A stretch of DNA of 60,498 nucleotides, from the NCBI GenBank assembly GCA_022361275.1, contig JAKSBE010000301.1, forward strand, positions 1-60,498. Direction: 5' to 3'. Made by a program: the position numbers and the translations under genes. The notes below the pieces were generated by a model that was not told the origin of the DNA, searched no databases, and saw only the letters and a list, made by a program, of their open reading frames with translations. This stretch comes from Kiloniellales bacterium (GTDB taxonomy: Bacteria; Pseudomonadota; Alphaproteobacteria; Kiloniellales; JAKSBE01). Below, one piece after another: positions 8,608 to 17,156 of this stretch. Each line of letters opens with the position of its first letter. Within the stretch, counting starts at the first letter, position 1.

Positions 8608-9918
8608 ATGGAAGATCTGACGCCGCAGCGGGCGGACCTGGAGCACATCGAGAAGGCCTCGCGGGACGAGATCGCCGCGTTGCAGCTCGAGCGGATGCGA
8701 ATCAGCCTGAGCCGCGCCTACGACAACGTGCCACACTACAGGAAGGCGTTCGAGTCCAAGGGGGTGCACCCCGACGATCTGGTATCGCTCGAAGACCTGG
8801 CGCAGTTCCCCTTCACCACCAAGGCCGACCTGCGCGACAACTACCCTTTCGGCATGTTCGCGGTGCCGCGGGAGCAGGTGGTGCGGGTCCACGCCTCCTC
8901 CGGCACCACGGGCAAGCCCACGGTGGTCGGCTACACCCGGAACGACGTCGACACCTGGGCCCAGGTCATGGCGCGCTCGATCCGCGCCGCCGGCGGCCGG
9001 CGCGGCGACAAGGTCCACGTCGCCTACGGCTACGGCCTCTTCACCGGCGGCCTGGGCGCCCACTACGGTGCCGAGAAGCTGGGCTGCACCGTGATCCCGG
9101 TCTCCGGCGGCATGACCGAACGCCAGGTCCAGCTGATCCGCGACTTCGAGCCCGACGTCATCATGGTCACGCCCTCCTACATGCTCTCGATCCTGGACGA
9201 GTTCCGGAAGCAGGGCCTCGACCCCCGCGCCTGCTCCCTCAAGGTCGGCATCTTCGGCGCCGAGCCCTGGACCGAAGCCATGCGCCGCGAGATCGAGCAG
9301 ACCTTCGACATGCACGCGGTCGACATCTACGGACTCTCGGAGGTCATGGGCCCCGGGGTCGCCAACGAATGCGTCGAGACCAAGGACGGCCTGCACGTCT
9401 GGGAGGACCACTTCTATCCCGAGATCATCGATCCGGTGACCGGCGAGGTCCTGCCCGACGGCGAGATGGGCGAGCTGGTCTTCACCTCGCTGACCAAGGA
9501 GGCCATGCCGGTGATCCGCTACCGGACCCGGGACCTGACCCGCCTCCTGCCGGGCACGGCGCGCAGCCTGCGGCGCATGGAGAAGGTCACCGGCCGCAGC
9601 GACGACATGATGATCGTGCGCGGAGTCAACGTCTTCCCGACCCAGATCGAGGAGATGATCCTGAAGTGCCAGGGCCTCGCCCCGCACTACCAGATCGAGC
9701 TGCGCCGGGCGGATCGCCTGGACGAGATGACCGTTCTGGTCGAGGCCCGCCCCGACCTGCCCGAGGGTCCCGGCCGCGACGCCCGGGCCAGGGAGCTGGC
9801 CCACCATATCAAGAGCCTGGTCGGGATCAGCGCCGAGATCCGGGTCACCGACTCCGGCCAGGTCGAACGCTCCGCCGGCAAGGCCCGCCGGGTCATCGAC
9901 CTGCGGGGCCAGGCGTAG
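8608..9918 (+). CDS. paaK: Phenylacetate-CoA ligase
   Basis: 436 aa. ...HYRKAFESKGVHPDDLVSLEDLAQFPFTTKADLRDNYPFGMFAVPREQVVRVHASSGTTGKPTVVGYT... is a textbook PaaK N-terminal region with the AMP-binding motif. Confidence 0.9.
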   Translation: MEDLTPQRADLEHIEKASRDEIAALQLERMRISLSRAYDNVPHYRKAFESKGVHPDDLVSLEDLAQFPFTTKADLRDNYPFGMFAVPREQVVRVHASSGTTGKPTVVGYTRNDVDTWAQVMARSIRAAGGRRGDKVHVAYGYGLFTGGLGAHYGAEKLGCTVIPVSGGMTERQVQLIRDFEPDVIMVTPSYMLSILDEFRKQGLDPRACSLKVGIFGAEPWTEAMRREIEQTFDMHAVDIYGLSEVMGPGVANECVETKDGLHVWEDHFYPEIIDPVTGEVLPDGEMGELVFTSLTKEAMPVIRYRTRDLTRLLPGTARSLRRMEKVTGRSDDMMIVRGVNVFPTQIEEMILKCQGLAPHYQIELRRADRLDEMTVLVEARPDLPEGPGRDARARELAHHIKSLVGISAEIRVTDSGQVERSAGKARRVIDLRGQA

Positions 9919-9948
9919 TGACACATACTATGAGTTTTCTTGTCACTA
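9916..9948. promoter_or_regulatory. AT-rich inverted repeat starting on the paaK stop codon
   Basis: TAGTGACA (9916..9923) and TGTCACTA (9941..9948) flank a 17-nt AT-rich loop CATACTATGAGTTTTCT. Unusually AT-rich for this DNA; lies between paaK and the TetR gene. Confidence 0.35.
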
Positions 9949-10007
9949 CACCGGTGTTCCCCCCTCACCCCTTTCAGTGCCCTACCGCCACAAGGGCCGG
10001 CTGACCC

Positions 10008-10604
10008 ATGGCCCGCGTCCGCTCCGAGGCCTACGACGACCGCCGCCAGGAGATCCTGGACCGGGCCGCGGGGCTCTTCGCCCGCCACGGCTTCGCGCGG
10101 ACCTCGATCTCGACCCTGTCGCGCGAGTGCAACGCCTCCAAGGCCTGGATCTATCACTATTACGAGAGCAAGGAGGCGATCCTCTTCGACATCCTGCACG
10201 ACCACATCCGCATGCTGCGCGATGCCGTGCAGGCGGCCGACGCCCCCGGGGCCGAGCCGGAGGCGCGGCTGCGCGCCCTGATCACCGCCCTGCTCGAGGC
10301 CTATCGGGACTCGGACGCCAAGCACAAGGTGCTGCTCAGCGAGCTCGGCGTCCTGGCGCCCGAGCAGCAAGGCCGCATCCGCGCCCTGGAGCGCGAGATC
10401 GTCGCGATCTTCGCCGCCGCGGTGGCGGCGCTGAACCCGGCCCTCGGCGCCGCGCCGAAGCTGATCAAGCCGGTGACCATGTCCCTGCTCGGCATGCTCA
10501 ACTGGCACTTCACCTGGTTCCGCAAGGACGGCCCACTCAGCCTGGACGACTATGCCGACCTGGCCACCCGCCTCTTCATCAACGGTGTCAAGGGTCTCGC
10601 GTAA
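10008..10604 (+). CDS. TetR/AcrR family transcriptional regulator (candidate PaaR)
   Basis: 198 aa. RRQEILDRAAGLFARHGFARTSISTLSRECNASKAWIYHYYESKEAIL is a TetR-type HTH. Same strand, 89 nt after paaK. Confidence 0.75.
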   Translation: MARVRSEAYDDRRQEILDRAAGLFARHGFARTSISTLSRECNASKAWIYHYYESKEAILFDILHDHIRMLRDAVQAADAPGAEPEARLRALITALLEAYRDSDAKHKVLLSELGVLAPEQQGRIRALEREIVAIFAAAVAALNPALGAAPKLIKPVTMSLLGMLNWHFTWFRKDGPLSLDDYADLATRLFINGVKGLA

Positions 10605-10636
10605 ACCTCTCGGACCTCAACGTTTATCCTTGCGGG

Positions 10637-11860
10637 CTAGGCTGTCGCAGGCGCCTCGTCCCTGACGACCAGGCGGGTCGCCAGGGCGCAGGACAGGGCG
10701 ATGGCGATCGCGACGCCGAGGACGGCGGCCTCCCAGCCCAGGCCGTCGAAGACCCGGCCCAGGACCAGGCTGCCGGCCAGGCCGCCCAGGTAGTAGGACG
10801 CCAGGTAGAGGCCGCTGGCCGCGGCCCGGTCCGCGGTCGCGGCCCGGCCGACGAAGGCCGTGGTCGCCGCCTGGGCACAGAAGGTGCCGACGCCGACCAG
10901 GGTCAGGCCGAGCAGCACGGGCGGCAGGCTGGGCAGGACCAGCAGGGCCAGGCCGACCCCGGCGACCGCCATCGAGAGGTAGAAGGCGCGCCGCACGCCG
11001 AACTTCGCCACCATCCGGCCGGCCATGGGCGTGGTGAAGATCGCCGGCAGGAAGACCAGGTAGACGAAGCCGAGAGCGACCGGCGACAGCGAGAGCGGGG
11101 GCCGCGCCAGGACGTAGTTGACGTAGGTGAAGACGCCGATGAAGGCGAAGAGGATCAGGAAGCCGATCGCGAAGCTCGCCTGCAGGGCCGGGTTGCGCAG
11201 GTGGATGCCCCAGACGGTGAGCGGCGACGGCGGCGTGCCGGTCACCTCGCGCCGGGTCGTGCGCCCGAGGTAGAAGAAGGCGAGGCCCGCGCCGGCGAGG
11301 TTGAGCAGCCCGAAGAGATAGAAGCTCTCGGACAGGCCGAGCAGGTCGGCCGAGCTGGCCGCGATCAGGCGGCCGAAGAGGTTGCTCGCCACGTTGCCGG
11401 TGATGTAGGCGGCCATGGCGCCGGTGGCCTCGGCCGCCGTGCACTCCTCGGCCAGGTAGGCCATGGTCAGGGTGAAGGCGGCCGACATCAAGACGCCCTG
11501 GGCGATCCGCAGCAGGGTGAAGGTGGTGAGGTCCTGGGTCACCCCGAGCAGCGCCGTCGGGACCGCGAGCAGCGCCAGGCTGACCCAGATCCCGGTCTTG
11601 CGGTCCAGGTGCCGGCTGAACAGGGCGACCGCCAGCCCCGCGACCGCCATGCCGATCGTGCTGGCGTTGACCGCGAAGCCCATGGTGGCGGCGTCGACGC
11701 CGTAGGCCAGGGTCAGGGACGGCAGCAGCGCCTGGGAGCCGAAGAGGTCGATCAGGGTCAGGAAGCTGATCAGGCCGATGACGAAGCCCCGCATCAGGGC
11801 GCCCTTCCCCTCCCCGGGCCCGGCGTCGATCCGGGCGGCGTTCACGGTCGGTTGTGCCAT
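10637..11860 (-). CDS. MFS transporter
   Basis: 407 aa, about 12 hydrophobic segments, Gly/Ala/Leu-rich with an MFS-like pattern (LIDLFGSQALLPSL..., RHLDRKTG loop). Start uncertain (M1 or M23). Confidence 0.7.
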   Translation of the reverse strand: MAQPTVNAARIDAGPGEGKGALMRGFVIGLISFLTLIDLFGSQALLPSLTLAYGVDAATMGFAVNASTIGMAVAGLAVALFSRHLDRKTGIWVSLALLAVPTALLGVTQDLTTFTLLRIAQGVLMSAAFTLTMAYLAEECTAAEATGAMAAYITGNVASNLFGRLIAASSADLLGLSESFYLFGLLNLAGAGLAFFYLGRTTRREVTGTPPSPLTVWGIHLRNPALQASFAIGFLILFAFIGVFTYVNYVLARPPLSLSPVALGFVYLVFLPAIFTTPMAGRMVAKFGVRRAFYLSMAVAGVGLALLVLPSLPPVLLGLTLVGVGTFCAQAATTAFVGRAATADRAAASGLYLASYYLGGLAGSLVLGRVFDGLGWEAAVLGVAIAIALSCALATRLVVRDEAPATA

Positions 11861-11921
11861 GTCGTAAATCCTCGGGATGCTCCTTGCCGCCGATTGCGGG
11901 CGAATCCCAGCCTAGCGCGCT

Positions 11922-13310
11922 TCAGTTACCGCCCGGCGACGCCGGCAGCCCGGCCTGTCCCTGGTTCAGGTCGCCGAAGTCGGCGTAGGTCGCCTGGCGG
12001 CGCTGGTAGGCACGCATGTGCATGAGCGCCCGGCGGTAGGTGTCGTCGCCCTGGGCCGCCAGCTCCGCGGCCCGCTGGTCAAGATAGTCGTCGCTGGCCG
12101 CGCGCAGAAGGCGCAGCAGGCCCTCGGGCCAGCGCAGGACCACGGCGCCGTTGGCCTTCAGGAGCTCGATCCCCTCCCCCTGCCGGCTGAGGCTCACCGC
12201 CCAGTTCTCCAGGGTCGCGCGCTGGGCCGCGGTCTCGATGATCCGGCGCGCCGGCTCCGGCAGCTCCGCCCAGAACGCGCGGTTGATCACCAGCTCGACA
12301 TAGGTCAGGGGCTGGTGCCAGGTCTGCCCGTAGTAGTAGGGCGCGCGCGAGATCACCGGCCGCAGGTCCGCCGCCTCGTCGGCGAGCGCGCTCTGCCCCA
12401 GGGTCATCTTGATCATCTGGACCTCGGTGAAGGGCATGTTGAGCTCGTAGGCGTCGATGTTGCCGTTCAGAAGGAAGCCGTGCGGCGGCGCGCCGGGCAC
12501 GAAGCCGCCGAAGGTCAGGCGGTCGATGGTCCGGGCCTCGGGGTTGTCCGGCGCCGGACAGGGGCTGCGCGGATCGGCGCAGCGGGTCTCGGGGCCGATG
12601 AAGGCGGCCGGCACGCCGACCCGGGCGCAGGCCAGCTCCCAGCCCTTGGAGCTAGGCGCCGGCCAGCGGACGATCCAGGGCTTGCGGCAGAGCGCGGCCA
12701 TGGCGGCCTCGTCGCTCAGCGCCGGATCGCCGTCAGGGTTCGGCAGAGGTTCCGGGAACCAGCCGCCGCCCTGGGTCGTGGTCAGGGCGATGGGCAGGAT
12801 CTTGATCTTGCCGTCGAAGTGCCGGTCGTAGATCTCCTGGTGCAGCGCCAGGCCGCCGCCGCCGTAGAGGTAGCCGGCGAACTCCTCGGCCTCCAGGCCG
12901 AAGGGCAGCCCGGCGACGTAGAGCTCGCCGAAGGGAAAGCCGTTCTGGTTGCCGATCCCGATCCCGATGTCGGCCCCGCCGCCCGCCGCCCCGGCGGCGA
13001 CGGCGGCGTAGACCGTCCCGAAGCGCTCCGCGAGCTTGACGAACGGCGGCTCGACCGCGCCGGCGTCCGCGGGATGGACCTGGCCGGGCACGTGGAAGAC
13101 CAGGCGCAGGTCGAGGTGCGCCAGCGCCTGGTTGGCGATCTCCACGAAGCGGTAGCCGAGGCCGCCGATCGGATGCGCGCCGCCGGGCGGCGCCCCTTCG
13201 AAGAACAGCGGCGGGAAGTTCGACTGAAGGTGGATCTCTCGCGGCGCGGCCGCCGCCGGCGCCGTGCTCAGCGCCAGGGCGGCCATCAGGGTGGCGGCGA
13301 GCCGGCTCAA
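11922..13310 (-). CDS. Divergent TRAP-type (DctP/COG4663-like) periplasmic solute-binding protein, no DctQM partner nearby
   Basis: The C-terminal half resembles TRAP SBPs (NGNIDAYELNMPF...APYYYGQTWHQPLTYVELVINRAFWAELPEPARRIIETAAQ...LKANGAVVLRWPEGLL). I place the start at TTG 13310..13308, overlapping the cupin stop (TTGA), which gives signal peptide MSRLAATLMAALALSTAPAAAAP. Confidence 0.55.
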   Translation of the reverse strand: MSRLAATLMAALALSTAPAAAAPREIHLQSNFPPLFFEGAPPGGAHPIGGLGYRFVEIANQALAHLDLRLVFHVPGQVHPADAGAVEPPFVKLAERFGTVYAAVAAGAAGGGADIGIGIGNQNGFPFGELYVAGLPFGLEAEEFAGYLYGGGGLALHQEIYDRHFDGKIKILPIALTTTQGGGWFPEPLPNPDGDPALSDEAAMAALCRKPWIVRWPAPSSKGWELACARVGVPAAFIGPETRCADPRSPCPAPDNPEARTIDRLTFGGFVPGAPPHGFLLNGNIDAYELNMPFTEVQMIKMTLGQSALADEAADLRPVISRAPYYYGQTWHQPLTYVELVINRAFWAELPEPARRIIETAAQRATLENWAVSLSRQGEGIELLKANGAVVLRWPEGLLRLLRAASDDYLDQRAAELAAQGDDTYRRALMHMRAYQRRQATYADFGDLNQGQAGLPASPGGN

Positions 13311-13777
13311 TGCCCGGCCGTCTTCTTCGGATCGAGAAAGTCGACCACGAACATGGTCACCGGCTGGTCGGTCTTGTTTTCCCACCACTGCGCGATGGCG
13401 TCGTCGTCGATCGTGACCTCGCCGGCCTTGCGCAGGATCGGGCCCTCCTGGTCGCTGCGATGCTCGACGATCTCGCCCTCGATGACGTAGGTGATGGCCG
13501 GCCGGTCCTTGTGGCTGTGGATCGGCACGATGCCGCCGGCCTGCACGGTCACGTAGCGCCCGCGCATCAGGTAGTCGGCCGCCTCGGGGATCTGGGGGAA
13601 CTCGGGGCCCAGCTTGATCGCGCCGAGCTCCTTGATCGCCACGCCGACCGGCGCCTTGGGACCGGTCAGGCCGGATATCTCCTTGGTGGAGTCCGCGCCG
13701 GCCGGCGCCGCGAGGGTCAGCGCGAGCAGGGCGGCGGCGAGCCCGAAGGCCCGCGGTTGGGTACGGAAGGACGTCAT
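13307..13777 (-). CDS. Secreted cupin-domain protein (paralog 1)
   Basis: Trimmed to ATG 13777..13775 with an AGGAGA SD. Signal peptide MTSFRTQPRAFGLAAALLALTLAAPAGA. Cupin core GGIVPIHSHKDRPAITYVIEGEIVEHRSD ... QWWEN. Confidence 0.7.
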   Translation of the reverse strand: MTSFRTQPRAFGLAAALLALTLAAPAGADSTKEISGLTGPKAPVGVAIKELGAIKLGPEFPQIPEAADYLMRGRYVTVQAGGIVPIHSHKDRPAITYVIEGEIVEHRSDQEGPILRKAGEVTIDDDAIAQWWENKTDQPVTMFVVDFLDPKKTAGH

Positions 13778-13832
13778 GGATTTCTCCTGTTGGATCGAGG
13801 GAACCGGGCCTCGGCCCGCGTGGCCCGCGAGC

Positions 13833-14396
13833 TCAGCGCCGGGTGTTGAAGACATCGACCGCGAGCAGCAGGACCGTCTCGTCGCCCGTGTTCTCCCACC
13901 AGTGGACGACGCCTTCCGCCTCGAGGGAAAGGTCGCCCTTCTTGTAGACGTGCGGGGTGTCGGTGTCGCTGCGGTGCTCGACGACCTCGCCCGAGAGCAC
14001 GTAGATCTGCGCCGGACGGTCCTTGTGGCCGTGCGTCGGCACGATGCCGCCCGGCTTCATGGTCCAGAGGCGCGCCCGGACGTCGCGGCCTTCCATCCCG
14101 GCCAGTTCCTTGCCGAGGCCGAACTTTCCGAGGTCCTTGACCGAGATGCCCTTGGGCTTGGTCGGCCCCTTGAACTCGGTCGCGGCCTGCGCGGGCGACA
14201 CGAGGACCGACTTCAGCCAGGCCCAGACCTCGGGCCCGTCGCCGCGCTTCTCCAGCAGGGGAATGACTTCCTCATGTGCGCTTGCCGGCGCTGCAGGCAA
14301 GGCCAGGACGCCGGCGACGACGGCGACGACGGCGGCAAGCAGCACCGCCGGGCGGCGCCCTTTCGGACCACGCGTCCGCTGTGGGGTGTTCGACAT
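13833..14396 (-). CDS. Secreted cupin-domain protein (paralog 2)
   Basis: Trimmed to ATG 14396..14394 with a GAAGGAGAT SD. N-terminus MSNTPQRTRGPKGRRPAVLLAAVVAVVAGVLALPAAPASA (possibly Tat-like RR). Core GGIVPTHGHKDRPAQIYVLSGEVVEHRSD ... HWWEN. Confidence 0.7.
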   Translation of the reverse strand: MSNTPQRTRGPKGRRPAVLLAAVVAVVAGVLALPAAPASAHEEVIPLLEKRGDGPEVWAWLKSVLVSPAQAATEFKGPTKPKGISVKDLGKFGLGKELAGMEGRDVRARLWTMKPGGIVPTHGHKDRPAQIYVLSGEVVEHRSDTDTPHVYKKGDLSLEAEGVVHWWENTGDETVLLLAVDVFNTRR

Positions 14397-14678
14397 AGTG
14401 ATCTCCTTCGAACTCACTGGTATCGCTGAATCTCAAGCTTCCTTGGCCTTGCCTCGAGCCCGGCCGCCATCGGGCGGCACCTTGGGGGCGCTGCGTTTCA
14501 TTGCTGTGGCGCCCCTTAAGATGCCGGAGTACCGGGCGAGGTTACGGCGCAAATCGACGACTCCCTCGCCAAGTCGGCTGCGATCGGCCCGATCGGCGCC
14601 GACGACCGCAGGGCCGTAACGATCCGGCGCTAGCCTGCGTCTAACTGCCGAACCCGCCGACTCATCAGGAGGCTCACG

Positions 14679-15146
14679 ATGAACCCGAAGACCGACCCCG
14701 CCTTGCACGTGCAAGGCTTCGCCGAGATGCAGGAGACCTTGCAGAAGCTCTTCCTCGGCTCGGCCGGCAACATCGACCGCGTCATGGAAGACCAGAACCT
14801 CAACGTCGAATACCTGGGCCGGATCAACGACGTGGCCCTGCGCGGCGCCCACACCCTGGTCACCCGGCAGGGCGCGGCATTGCGCGAGACCTTCGACGAC
14901 CTCACACTGGTCCTGAAGGAGGTCGCCGCGCGAGGCGCCGATCCGACCGCGACCGACGCCCATCTCCGCTGCTTCGAGCGCTCCCTGGCCCGGGGCCTCG
15001 AGCATCTGCGGATCGCCTTCGACTGGGCCAACGAGATGAACCAGTCCACCTGGGACCTGTTCCAGGAGCGCCTGGAGCATGCCGTCGGCGAGGCGAAGTC
15101 CGAGGCGGCCAAGCCGAAGGGCGGGGCGTCGAAGAAGGAAAGCTGA
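14679..15146 (+). CDS. Phasin-like (PHA granule-associated) protein, tentative
   Basis: 155 aa, predicted helical, no Cys-rich or TM features, Lys/Ala-rich tail (AKSEAAKPKGGASKKES). The pattern NLNVEYLGRINDVALRGAHTLVTRQGAALRETFDD resembles phasin_2 family proteins. Lies next to bdhA. Confidence 0.45.
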   Translation: MNPKTDPALHVQGFAEMQETLQKLFLGSAGNIDRVMEDQNLNVEYLGRINDVALRGAHTLVTRQGAALRETFDDLTLVLKEVAARGADPTATDAHLRCFERSLARGLEHLRIAFDWANEMNQSTWDLFQERLEHAVGEAKSEAAKPKGGASKKES

Positions 15147-15220
15147 CCGCCGCCCGCCGGCACCACCCGCAAGGCCCGGCGCGCCAAGACCCGACCGGCC
15201 GCAACCCGAGGGAGAGACCC

Positions 15221-16003
15221 ATGACTCAGGGAAAGAACGCCATCGTCACCGGATCCACCAGCGGCATCGGGCTCGGCATCGCCGAAGCCCTGGCGGGCGC
15301 CGGCATGAACGTGATGCTGAACGGCTTCGGCGATGCCGACGAGATCGAGGCGACCCGGACGGGCCTCGAGGCGCGGCACGGCGTGAAGGTCGCCTACCAC
15401 GGCGCCGACATGTCGAAGCCCGAGGCGATCGAGGACCTCGTCTCCTCGACCGCTGCCGGCTTCGGCTCGGTCGACGTCGTCGTCAACAACGCCGGGATCC
15501 AGAACGTCGCCCCGATCGAGGCGTTCCCGACGGAGAAGTGGGACGCTATCCTGGCGATCAACCTCTCCAGCGCCTTCCACACCACCCGCCTCGCGCTGCC
15601 CGGCATGAAGGAGCGGACGTGGGGCCGCATCGTCAACATCGCCTCGGCGCACGGCCTGGTCGCCTCGCCCTTCAAGTCCGCCTACGTGGCGGCCAAGCAC
15701 GGCATGCTGGGACTGACCAAGACCGTGGCCCTGGAGGCCGCGGAGTTCGGCGTGACCTGCAACGCGATCTGTCCGGGCTACGTCCTGACCCCGCTGGTCG
15801 AGACGCAGATCCCCGATACGGCCAAGGCCCGGGGCATCAGCGAGGAGGCGGTGGTCCGCGACGTGCTGCTGGCCGCCCAGGCGACCAAGCAGTTCGTGAC
15901 CGTGGAGCAGCTCGGCGCGCTGGCCGTCTTCCTCTGCTCGGATCAGGCCGCGCAGATAACCGGTACCGCGCTCCCCGTGGACGGCGGCTGGACCGCGCAC
16001 TGA
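15221..16003 (+). CDS. bdhA: D-3-hydroxybutyrate dehydrogenase (SDR family)
   Basis: 260 aa. KNAIVTGSTSGIGLGIAEALA..., NNAGIQ, SAHGLVASPFKSAYVAAKHGMLGLTK (YxxxK), and the C-terminal LPVDGGWTAH typical of BdhA. Confidence 0.85.
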   Translation: MTQGKNAIVTGSTSGIGLGIAEALAGAGMNVMLNGFGDADEIEATRTGLEARHGVKVAYHGADMSKPEAIEDLVSSTAAGFGSVDVVVNNAGIQNVAPIEAFPTEKWDAILAINLSSAFHTTRLALPGMKERTWGRIVNIASAHGLVASPFKSAYVAAKHGMLGLTKTVALEAAEFGVTCNAICPGYVLTPLVETQIPDTAKARGISEEAVVRDVLLAAQATKQFVTVEQLGALAVFLCSDQAAQITGTALPVDGGWTAH

Positions 16004-16031
16004 AGCCCGCCGACACCAAGGGAGAGGAACC

Positions 16032-17138
16032 ATGGCGACCCGCCGCAGCAAGACGTCCAACGGCAAGCCCCCCAACACCAAGGGTCAGGACAAGCCGGCC
16101 GGCAACAAGAAGCCGGTCAACCTCGCGCTGCAGGGCGGCGGTGCCCATGGCGCCTTCACCTGGGGCGTCCTCGACCGCCTGCTGGAGGACGGGCGCGTCC
16201 ACATCGAGGCGATCAGCGGCACCTCTGCCGGAGCGATGAACGCCGTGGTCGCGGCCGACGGCCTGATGCGCGCCGGCGAGGAGGGCGCCCGCGAGGCCCT
16301 GCAGCGCTTCTGGAAGGCGGTCAGCGACGCCGGGCGCATGAGCCCGATCCAGCGCGGGCCGCTGGACGTCTTCATGGGCAACTGGAGTCTCGACAACAGC
16401 CCCAGCTACGTCTTCTTCGACCTGCTGAACCGGGTGACCTCGCCCTACGACGTCAATCCCTTCGGCCTCAACCCGCTCAAGGGCATCCTCGAAGAGGTGG
16501 TCGACTTCGACCTCGTCCGCAGTTGCGACAAGATGAAGGTCCTGGTCTCGGCGACCAACGTGGAGACCGGCCGGGTCAAGGTCTTCAACCGCCAGGAGCT
16601 GACCTGCGACATGGTCATGGCCTCGGCCTGCCTGCCCTTCATGTTCCACGCGGTCGAGATCGACGGCGTGCCCTATTGGGACGGCGGCTACATGGGCAAC
16701 CCGGTGCTCTTTCCCTTCTACGAGGAATGCCGTTCCGACGACATCGTGATCGTCCAGATCAACCCGGTGGAGCGCAAGGGCACGCCGCGCACGGCGCGGG
16801 AGATCCTCAACCGGGTCAACGAGATCACCTTCAACAGCAGCCTGCTGAAGGAGCTGCGCGCCATCGACTTCGTCAAGCGGCTGCTGGAGGAAGGCAAGCT
16901 CGATCCCAAGGACTACCGCCGCCTGCACATCCACCTGATCGACGCGCAGGAGGAGATCATGCCGCTGGGCGCCTCCTCCAAGCTCAACGCCGAGTGGGAC
17001 TTCCTGCTGCACCTCTTCGAGATCGGCCGCGCGGCGGCCGGCGACTGGATCGAGACCAGCTACGCCCACCTCGGCGAACGCTCGACGGCCGACGCCCGCA
17101 CGATGTTCCAGGGGCTGGGCGCCCAGCACCACGGCTGA
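16032..17138 (+). CDS. Patatin-like phospholipase/esterase
   Basis: 368 aa. LALQGGGAHGAFTWGVLDRLLEDG (oxyanion GGGxxG), AISGTSAGAMNA (GxSxG), DGGYMGNP (catalytic Asp). Lys-rich N-terminal extension. Confidence 0.8.
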   Translation: MATRRSKTSNGKPPNTKGQDKPAGNKKPVNLALQGGGAHGAFTWGVLDRLLEDGRVHIEAISGTSAGAMNAVVAADGLMRAGEEGAREALQRFWKAVSDAGRMSPIQRGPLDVFMGNWSLDNSPSYVFFDLLNRVTSPYDVNPFGLNPLKGILEEVVDFDLVRSCDKMKVLVSATNVETGRVKVFNRQELTCDMVMASACLPFMFHAVEIDGVPYWDGGYMGNPVLFPFYEECRSDDIVIVQINPVERKGTPRTAREILNRVNEITFNSSLLKELRAIDFVKRLLEEGKLDPKDYRRLHIHLIDAQEEIMPLGASSKLNAEWDFLLHLFEIGRAAAGDWIETSYAHLGERSTADARTMFQGLGAQHHG

Positions 17139-17156
17139 GAGCGGGGCCCGGCCCGG

